Shown here: positions 57,366-64,000 of the stretch, piece by piece
Layout: each line of letters begins with the position of its first letter
Position numbering within the stretch: position 1 is the stretch's first letter
Source of the DNA: an uncultured virus (IMG/VR IMGVR_UViG_3300006736_000006)
Taxonomy: Duplodnaviria; Heunggongvirae; Uroviricota; Caudoviricetes
Virus record (IMG/VR): IMGVR_UViG_3300006736_000006
Length of the DNA: 64,000 bases
Direction: 5' to 3' (one strand)
The notes under the pieces: generated by a model
What the model saw: only the letters and a program-made list of their open reading frames with translations
Told to the model about the DNA's origin: nothing
Databases searched by the model: none
Translations under genes and position numbers: made by a program

Positions 57366-59339
57366 TTAGATTATGTTAAGATCAAGAACCGTTACTGTTC
57401 CGTAGAAGTCAGCACGAACCATCTTCTTACCATACCGAGTCATCACGCCCTTGCGAGGTGTGAAGTCTTCGGGGGCGAAGATAGTAGGAGTGACGATCAA
57501 CGGCACGTAAGGTGCGTAGACATATCCTGTCTCAAGGTAGCTTCCACCCTTGTATCCAACTAGGACCTTATTCCGTGGGAAATAGGGATCCTTGTAAACC
57601 GTGAAACGGTTACTTAGGGAACCAATGGGTGTCGCACCAAGCGAGAATGGATTACTTGTCTGACCAGATCCATCAATAGTGATGTTGGGCTTGTAGAGCA
57701 CCGAAGCCTCAAAGATCGTTGCGACCTCCGGGGAGCAAACCACGAAGTTAGCAGAACCTCTAAGGGTCTTACGGTGAATCTCATTAGCAACATCGATGAT
57801 GGTCTCAACAAGAGTCTCATACCACTCACGAACTGTACCAGTGAACTGAGGACCTGAAGCTAATGTGCTGGCCTTTGTTGCCTCAGCTGCAGTCTTCTTG
57901 TTAACGAACTTACCAGGCATACGTGACCAGTAGTAGTTAGCACCTCTCGCCTCTGTGAGAAGATCATTGAGAATCTCACGATCAATCTCTAGTGCGATCT
58001 GCTCGGAAAGGATCTGAGTTAACTCAACCTCAGCGTCAAGGCTGTGGTATGCGTTAAGATCCTGTGCGAGTTCCGGTGACCAACGAGCACGTAGCTTACG
58101 AGTCGCGGCTGTAACTGCGATTGACTCAATCTTGATGTCAATCTCAGGAATGACCGGACTTGGTGTAGCTGCGAAGTTAGACTCAAAGGTCGGAATCGTC
58201 AACACATCACCATCTGTACTATTAACACCAAGGTTAGGTGCCAGTGCATATGATGCAGTGAGGTCGGTAGACCCGTTCGCCGCTGTAGAGGGACCTGCAT
58301 ACGTTCCTGATACGACCATTAACAGTGCCGCATTGGCTGTTGCTGTCGTAACCAATGGTTGGGACGTGAACTGTCCACCCGAGTACGTTCCAAGCTGGTT
58401 GAGACGTCTAAGGTTAAGCACGTTCTTTCCACCCTGCCACTCATCAGACAGAGCTGCAATAGAGTCTGCCAAGTTTGTGGGAGAGCTTTGGTTACTACCA
58501 CCTGTGTTAGTTCTACTTGCTGAGAACAATGTGATGTCCTTTGCATTAGTAAGATCAAGACCAGAAACACCACTAAGATCTGTGAGATCAAAGATTAAGA
58601 ACTGGAATCGACCACTGCCAACACCTGAGGTATCTCCCTCGATCTTCGTAGTGACCTGTGGATCAAACTGAAGGTGACGTCCATCACTTCCTGTTGCAGC
58701 AGCAAGACGACCACTCTGTAACGAGGCATTACCCTGCCACGCACCAGATGCTAGAAGTGTTAGTCTACTATTAGCAGAGGTTCCACTGATTGTCTTGTGA
58801 ACCTTAGAGTAGGTAGCACCAACTAGATCATACTGACCACCGGTTGCGAGTGATCCTGATCGGACACCTTTACCTGTGGGGTTGTTATAGATTGATGTTC
58901 CCTTCTGATAGGTCTCAGCAGCAGCAGTGCCCTCAGTTCCGTCTGTGAGACTTGCATCACCACCGACGTTATCACCGTAGGTGTAATCCAGATAGAAGAG
59001 CAGACCAGAAGGAAGGCTCATTGGCTGAATAGAAACAAGCTCGTTGGATACGAGACCACCGAAGACACGACGAACGATCGGGAATGCGATATTTGTGAAG
59101 CCTCTGACGTCGCCAGAGGAGGCGAGGTTACCGCCACCTGTTGATAGAGAGTTTTGCTCTCTCAGGAGCTGAGCAGCCTGATTTTCAAGAAGTCGAGACA
59201 TGGTCTCCCGACCATGATCATGCAGGCCTCGAAGAAGTCCTGTTCGGGACCACTTTTCGACCAGTCGCATACCTTCAGCACCAATATTTCTATCTCTGAT
59301 GCCTTCAGTAAGCTGATTTAGTGTGAATGACTTTGCCAT
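57366..59339 (-). CDS. Major capsid protein (T4 gp23-like)
   Basis: LLENQA, FPIVRRVF, VSIQPMSLPSGLLFYLD, TRKLRARWSPELAQDLNAYH, EIDREI, YAPYVPL and PRKGVMTRY. Confidence 0.97.
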   Translation of the reverse strand: MAKSFTLNQLTEGIRDRNIGAEGMRLVEKWSRTGLLRGLHDHGRETMSRLLENQAAQLLREQNSLSTGGGNLASSGDVRGFTNIAFPIVRRVFGGLVSNELVSIQPMSLPSGLLFYLDYTYGDNVGGDASLTDGTEGTAAAETYQKGTSIYNNPTGKGVRSGSLATGGQYDLVGATYSKVHKTISGTSANSRLTLLASGAWQGNASLQSGRLAAATGSDGRHLQFDPQVTTKIEGDTSGVGSGRFQFLIFDLTDLSGVSGLDLTNAKDITLFSASRTNTGGSNQSSPTNLADSIAALSDEWQGGKNVLNLRRLNQLGTYSGGQFTSQPLVTTATANAALLMVVSGTYAGPSTAANGSTDLTASYALAPNLGVNSTDGDVLTIPTFESNFAATPSPVIPEIDIKIESIAVTAATRKLRARWSPELAQDLNAYHSLDAEVELTQILSEQIALEIDREILNDLLTEARGANYYWSRMPGKFVNKKTAAEATKASTLASGPQFTGTVREWYETLVETIIDVANEIHRKTLRGSANFVVCSPEVATIFEASVLYKPNITIDGSGQTSNPFSLGATPIGSLSNRFTVYKDPYFPRNKVLVGYKGGSYLETGYVYAPYVPLIVTPTIFAPEDFTPRKGVMTRYGKKMVRADFYGTVTVLDLNII

Positions 59340-59376
59340 TTTTATTTTTCTCCTATAATGCAGTTAATGATAAAAT

Positions 59377-60816
59377 TCACTTGATTCCGGCTAGCGTCGC
59401 CCATCTATTCACCTGATCGTCAGCTGAGTTGGCCGAAGACCGCCCAGTGACCTTAGAAGATGATCCGATAGCTCTGCGAACCGAAGATTCATTCATTGAT
59501 CCTGACTTGCCCTTATCAAAGGATTCCGTCAGGCTCCTGTAAAGTAGCTTTACTTCTCTCAAGCTTCTAGCATTGTCAATGGACTCAACAACCGACTTTC
59601 TCTGAGCCGGTGTTATTTCCTTGCTTTGCAGAAGCTTATTTACATAAAGAAGCTTAGCATTAAACAGGTTTAGATCTGTCAACTGCTCACGAAGTGTTTC
59701 AACAGCACCTCTGTATTCCTTGAGCCTCACCGAGAGAGATCGATTATTACGTCTCTCATTTCTAAGTTGTTCTGAAAGAACATTTAACTTAACTTGTAGA
59801 GGATCCTTTCCAGGTTTTCCTCCTCCGAAATCTGCGCCTCTTGGCATCTTACCACCAGAGCCGCCATAAGAATTCTTTACACCAGACTTTCCAGAGCCTT
59901 TTCCGCCCCAGCTATCTTGCATGTCGCTCTTTATTCCCTTAATCTTTGTGAGATCCTTGGCTTCAGAAAGATGCTGTCTGAGACGAACTAGCTCGCTACG
60001 AAGAATCTTTTCGTCGATCTCAAATACTTCATCAAGACCTTCAAAATCCTCCAGCTCAATATCCACCTCTTCTTCTTCTTCAGGAGCCTCTGCAGCCTCA
60101 AGATCTTCTTCAGACTCCTCTTCCTCTTCTTCGACTACTCGAATAGTAGGCATGAGGTCCTCTGGAATCTCGAGATCACCTAAGTCTATCTCTAGCCTTG
60201 CCTCATCAAGACTATTAAGTCCTAGCATTGACATAATTTCCTTGATTTCTTGTGCCTCTGCTTTATCAATTGCATCCATGTTATCTCCAGATTTGAGCGT
60301 CTCTAGCTCAGAAAGATCAATTTCGTAAAGATTGTCATCATTCTTAGACGACAAATCATTGTTTGGATTATCATCCATATGACTACTTATTCTCTGTGAA
60401 TCAAAAAGATCATCACTTTCACTAAGTTTATCAGCCATTTTTAAAAGTTTTTCTCGACTGTCGCCGTCGAGTTCAGATATTGATTCTTTAATTGCATCCC
60501 TAACTACGTCCTTGTCAGACACGCTCTTGAAATCATCAGCTCCAAAAAGATTCAATAATGCAGACATTGCACTATCATCTAAAATAACTTCACTATTAGA
60601 TTCTGAAAGATCTGATCCAACTATCTCAGAGGCAACGTCCTGTAATACATCTTCATTTGAACCATCATCAGAGGACTCTCCAATTAACTGCTCTTCTATA
60701 AACTCTCTTATCTTTGGAGTAACTGCTTCAATAATAGCATTTTTGGCATTCTTTTCCGCTGTATCTCTTAACAGCTTCGCCTCTGCTATCGCTTCCTCAT
60801 AAAGAGATTTTGACAT
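59377..60816 (-). CDS. Prohead core scaffolding protein (gp22-like)
   Basis: SLYEEAIAEAK..A..NAK, an acidic middle, and LNLFNAKLLY.NKL...RWATLAGI. Directly upstream of the MCP gene. Confidence 0.82.
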   Translation of the reverse strand: MSKSLYEEAIAEAKLLRDTAEKNAKNAIIEAVTPKIREFIEEQLIGESSDDGSNEDVLQDVASEIVGSDLSESNSEVILDDSAMSALLNLFGADDFKSVSDKDVVRDAIKESISELDGDSREKLLKMADKLSESDDLFDSQRISSHMDDNPNNDLSSKNDDNLYEIDLSELETLKSGDNMDAIDKAEAQEIKEIMSMLGLNSLDEARLEIDLGDLEIPEDLMPTIRVVEEEEEESEEDLEAAEAPEEEEEVDIELEDFEGLDEVFEIDEKILRSELVRLRQHLSEAKDLTKIKGIKSDMQDSWGGKGSGKSGVKNSYGGSGGKMPRGADFGGGKPGKDPLQVKLNVLSEQLRNERRNNRSLSVRLKEYRGAVETLREQLTDLNLFNAKLLYVNKLLQSKEITPAQRKSVVESIDNARSLREVKLLYRSLTESFDKGKSGSMNESSVRRAIGSSSKVTGRSSANSADDQVNRWATLAGIK

Positions 60817-60841
60817 TATTGATCCTCTTCTCAATTAAATA

Positions 60842-61525
60842 TTATGTATTTTGTGAATTTGCATGTAGCGTTTCATCAATTTTATTGAAAAGCCTAAGCA
60901 ATCTAATTCTCTGCCTTAAAATAGATCTCTCTGTGGGATCGAGATTAAAAATATCGTCCCATCCCATATTCTCTAAATCTTCATCTTCTAAATAGTCAAT
61001 GGGTGCTCTAGAACTACCATACTGTGTTCCGGCACCGCCCACTTTTCCTGGACCAGTTGTATTAAATGCTTGACCTGCACCTCCAGTTCCAAGCGGAGGA
61101 CCATCAAATCCATTTGGATACAATGTTCTATGAGAAAATGGAGCTATTCCACTCATCACAGCCGGCATATTATCAGACTCAGAAAGGTTTCCTATATCCC
61201 ATCTCTGGAGACCAACCATGCTCCCCCTGTCTGCAGATCCTCTTCTTCCGACCTGCGGGTCTATTGCAAGGCGATCTCTACCAGTAACTGCGCTAACCTT
61301 TGATATTAATTCCATCTCATCTTCATCGATATCCTCAATAAAATCATCCTCATATTCTTCATATGAAGTTGGCATCTTATATATTCCTGTTTCTGCCCAG
61401 CCCATAGATGTCTCTGACCCTAGACCTGTCCCAAAGCTAGGAATTTTTTGTCCCTTTCCATAGCCATGACCTATCCTTTGATCAGAATTTGCAGTTGAAG
61501 GATTATAGTAAAGTCTGGTTGCCAA
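60842..61525 (-). CDS. Hypothetical head-region protein
   Basis: Gly-rich/acidic ORF in the head operon. Confidence 0.6.
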   Translation of the reverse strand: MATRLYYNPSTANSDQRIGHGYGKGQKIPSFGTGLGSETSMGWAETGIYKMPTSYEEYEDDFIEDIDEDEMELISKVSAVTGRDRLAIDPQVGRRGSADRGSMVGLQRWDIGNLSESDNMPAVMSGIAPFSHRTLYPNGFDGPPLGTGGAGQAFNTTGPGKVGGAGTQYGSSRAPIDYLEDEDLENMGWDDIFNLDPTERSILRQRIRLLRLFNKIDETLHANSQNT

Positions 61526-61530
61526 AGAAA

Positions 61531-62022
61531 TTATCCCCTACCGTCAGATCCCTGATACGACCTTCCAGAAATATAATCACCCAACTTTTGGTCTGCTATA
61601 TTTTCTGAAGTCTTAGAGGGAGATACTGTTCCTCCTAGTCCAGACCCGAACTCTGGAGCAGATCCATCCGGTAGTTCTCCTGTATATTCTGGTTGATCAG
61701 CAGGAAATACGCTTCCTGGACCGGGAGATGAAAGATTTGGAACGTATGGAGAGGCAGGCTTTCCTCCGCCTCCTGTTTCAACATCTGATAGATCAGGTGC
61801 ATTAGAAAAATCTCTATTAAATGAATTTAATCCCAGACCTCCCACAACCGTTCCATCTAGTGCTAGTTCTTGAAAAACTTCTTTTCTTTCATCGTCATTT
61901 ACATCACCAGCGTAAATTGGAGATGCTGAAAATGATGCTCGTAAATTTATACCGTTTCTAGATCCGTATGGCTTATCATCAGATGCAGCCGGTTCAACTA
62001 TTGTCTGTGGTTGGTCAGCCAT
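61531..62022 (-). CDS. Hypothetical head-region protein
   Basis: Gly/Pro-rich ORF (GGGGKPASPYVPN). Confidence 0.65.
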   Translation of the reverse strand: MADQPQTIVEPAASDDKPYGSRNGINLRASFSASPIYAGDVNDDERKEVFQELALDGTVVGGLGLNSFNRDFSNAPDLSDVETGGGGKPASPYVPNLSSPGPGSVFPADQPEYTGELPDGSAPEFGSGLGGTVSPSKTSENIADQKLGDYISGRSYQGSDGRG

Positions 62023-62023
62023 T

Positions 62024-62275
62024 CTATAATTCCTTTAAAAGTCTTATTTTGAGAATATTTCTAGCTTTTGTAATTCTGTTTGCTCTTCTACGAAGCGTAG
62101 ATTCTCTTAGGCCAAGAGCTTTAACATAATCAATTTTATTAACTAGGTTGTCACCACCCGCCCACGCATCATCAACAGTGTCAGAGGATAACAATCCCTC
62201 TTTTTCTAATTTCTTCTTTTCTTCGATAACTATTTTTCTAAGAACAGCCGGTGTTAATGTAGTGTGTCTTGACAT
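62024..62275 (-). CDS. Hypothetical head-region protein
   Basis: Start MSRH with a GGAG RBS. Contains LRKIVIEE and WAGGDNLV..IDY.KAL. Confidence 0.65.
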   Translation of the reverse strand: MSRHTTLTPAVLRKIVIEEKKKLEKEGLLSSDTVDDAWAGGDNLVNKIDYVKALGLRESTLRRRANRITKARNILKIRLLKEL

Positions 62276-62338
62276 ATGATCTCTCCACAAAGTGTCTCAA
62301 TCATACATATTATGTAATGAAAGAATTAGCTACTCACA

Positions 62339-62815
62339 TTAAGATCTTTTTGCTGTCGTAGCGAACGCTAAATCTGCCCATTTTTGTGCAGACTCACCGA
62401 ATAATTCCTGCGGGTCTGATTTAGATGCTACCACAGCTGCTACATCTCCGGATGCAGCAGTTGGTAGAGATGATCCCCCGGGTCCTGGCCTCTCAGCTCC
62501 TGCCTGTTCTTGCAGTGTCGTCATTGCAGTATCAGCCAGTATCGACGATAAGACTGGATCGGCTGTCATACTTCTTGTCGTTTCTCTTATATTTTTTTCA
62601 AAATTAGGATTTGGAATTTCATCTTTTTGTGAAGTCTTATTATAAACTATATTATCAAGCCCAGCTCTTCTATTCACGCTCTGGCTTCTAGATTCGGATC
62701 TTACTGATTCTGATATCTGTACCTCTCTATGCTCTCCGATTCCTTCGCTTAATATCTCTATTAGGCATTCCTTTACTATTCCCTTTAATTTACTTCTAGC
62801 AGCTCTAGACATCAA
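62339..62815 (-). CDS. Hypothetical head-region protein
   Basis: LKGIVKECLIEILSEG N-terminus and ILADTA.TT.QEQ. Confidence 0.65.
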   Translation of the reverse strand: MMSRAARSKLKGIVKECLIEILSEGIGEHREVQISESVRSESRSQSVNRRAGLDNIVYNKTSQKDEIPNPNFEKNIRETTRSMTADPVLSSILADTAMTTLQEQAGAERPGPGGSSLPTAASGDVAAVVASKSDPQELFGESAQKWADLAFATTAKRS

Positions 62816-62821
62816 ATTTAC

Positions 62822-63430
62822 CTACCACGACAATATATCATTAAAAATTCTATCTATTTTATCTGTTTTGGTAAAATTTTTATCAACATCACCGGGGTTT
62901 ATAGTCTTTCCTTCACTTATCATAAATGCTCCAGGTGTAGAGGGTTCACTAACCATATCAAAACAAATCAATTGAAAATCTTCCTGGACAACCTGCCTAT
63001 CTCCGTCGTTTCTAGTAGAGCCCACACCTCTAGAAGAAATTCCAAGTGTTACACCAGATTCAACGAGACTTTGAAGTATTTGTCCAGCGGGTGTATTAAG
63101 TAGCTCAACATGCCCAACAACAGAATCACCCTCTATGTGTGCTTCTCGGACTATATGTGAAACATTTTTCAGTTCTACCACCGAGGAATCCGGATGATCA
63201 CATTCACCGAGCGCTCGATTCTCTTTAATAAATTTTTGATAATTTAGCATCTCTCGCTCTAATATAGATCTGGGATAAACCCTTCCATTCTGATTTAAAG
63301 TGTCACATTTTTGTAATACACCTCTTAGAACTATCTTTCCATCGTTTTTTTCACGAGACTCTTTAATCATATTAGATGTATAAGATAGAGGAGTCCACTC
63401 AGTCAAAAGTTTTAATTTAAAATCACTCAT
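62822..63430 (-). CDS. Prohead core protease (T4 gp21-like)
   Basis: NQNGRVYP, ALGECDHP, VSH, TPAG, GISSRGVGS and DMVSEPSTPGA. Confidence 0.95.
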   Translation of the reverse strand: MSDFKLKLLTEWTPLSYTSNMIKESREKNDGKIVLRGVLQKCDTLNQNGRVYPRSILEREMLNYQKFIKENRALGECDHPDSSVVELKNVSHIVREAHIEGDSVVGHVELLNTPAGQILQSLVESGVTLGISSRGVGSTRNDGDRQVVQEDFQLICFDMVSEPSTPGAFMISEGKTINPGDVDKNFTKTDKIDRIFNDILSW

Positions 63431-64000
63431 ATATCGCCTCCCTTAATTCTCTCTTTAGTTGAATTAATGTTAAGAACCTGGCTATAGACTCATCATTCAT
63501 TTCATTTATTGATTCATCATTAATTCTCTGTCTAACTGAATCAATTTTCTCTAATAAGAAGCCATTATCTGTCTTTTTCTCAAATTCATTTAAACTATTA
63601 AGTGTCTGATCTTTAATATTTTGAACTTTTTCTAATATAGATGTTCCACCGTCATGTGACATTGAAAAGACATATGACCGTATAATATCTCTCTGTTCTG
63701 AACAGAAATTATTTTTATACTTTTCATTAATTTTTTCTGTCATTATTTTTACAACAAGCGAATCAACGTCATGATCTATATTCTCTTCTATTGTTTGACA
63801 TTTATCTTTTTCAGATAACATTCTTTCTATAACTTTTGATTCATACTGTACAGTTCTTGAAAGATCTGATCTATCGTTTGATCTCCAGTCATTGAGCAGC
63901 GTCTGGATTGTCGCATAAACTTGGTATTCTGGAACTCTCCTATGATAGAACATCTTGTCGTCTAGAGTGTGATTTATTTCTTTAATAAGAAGAGATTTTT
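63423..64000 (-). CDS. Hypothetical head-region protein, 3' part (starts outside the window)
   Basis: The frame stays open from 63999 (KSLLIKEINHTLDDKMFY...). Confidence 0.7.
   Translation of the reverse strand, partial: KSLLIKEINHTLDDKMFYHRRVPEYQVYATIQTLLNDWRSNDRSDLSRTVQYESKVIERMLSEKDKCQTIEENIDHDVDSLVVKIMTEKINEKYKNNFCSEQRDIIRSYVFSMSHDGGTSILEKVQNIKDQTLNSLNEFEKKTDNGFLLEKIDSVRQRINDESINEMNDESIARFLTLIQLKRELREAIYE

Noticed and set aside
246..62607. Numerous plus-strand ORFs in the ORF track (e.g. 43072-43683, 51110-51730, 58132-58671)
   Set aside because: They are antisense shadows of well-supported minus-strand genes, with Ser-rich composition and no motifs or RBS. Only 15441-16100 is accepted.
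1..64000. Alternative genetic code (TAG or TGA recoding), seen in some large phages
   Set aside because: Genes are full-length under the standard code, and TAG, TGA and TAA all terminate conserved proteins at the expected positions.
1..64000. CRISPR array, tRNA or rRNA genes
   Set aside because: Intergenic gaps are short, and no repeat-spacer arrays or cloverleaf/T-loop signatures were noticed by eye. A tRNAscan run would be needed to exclude them formally.

Overview
AT-rich 64 kb segment of a large tailed dsDNA bacteriophage (T4-related myovirus, probably jumbo-sized), almost entirely encoded on the minus strand. From right to left in transcription order: head module (prohead protease, scaffold, gp23-like major capsid protein); a tubulin/FtsZ-family gene; neck and tail-completion genes; two tandem tail-sheath paralogues, one tail tube, a chaperone pair, tape measure and baseplate; then replication (small PolA-like protein, gp32-like SSB, RecA/UvsX, 5'-3' exonuclease, gp41/DnaB helicase, class II RNR, DnaE). 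The left half is rich in auxiliary and nucleotide-metabolism genes. The most notable observations are: (1) an intact aceB-aceA glyoxylate shunt plus type II glutamine synthetase; (2) a candidate pyrimidine-modification pathway around DnaE, with a kinase fused to a dCMP-type thymidylate-synthase fold, a ThyX with an altered motif, two dUTPase/MazG-like proteins, a nucleoside deoxyribosyltransferase and an MBD4-like glycosylase; (3) an unannotated deletion scar joining an iscU 5' end to an iscA 3' end; (4) two candidate frameshift sites; (5) a shared late-promoter-like motif and a recurring 'L(K/R)xxI(R/K)..L.E' peptide that may mark capsid-packaged proteins. All calls come from motif recognition and synteny by eye; no database searches were run.
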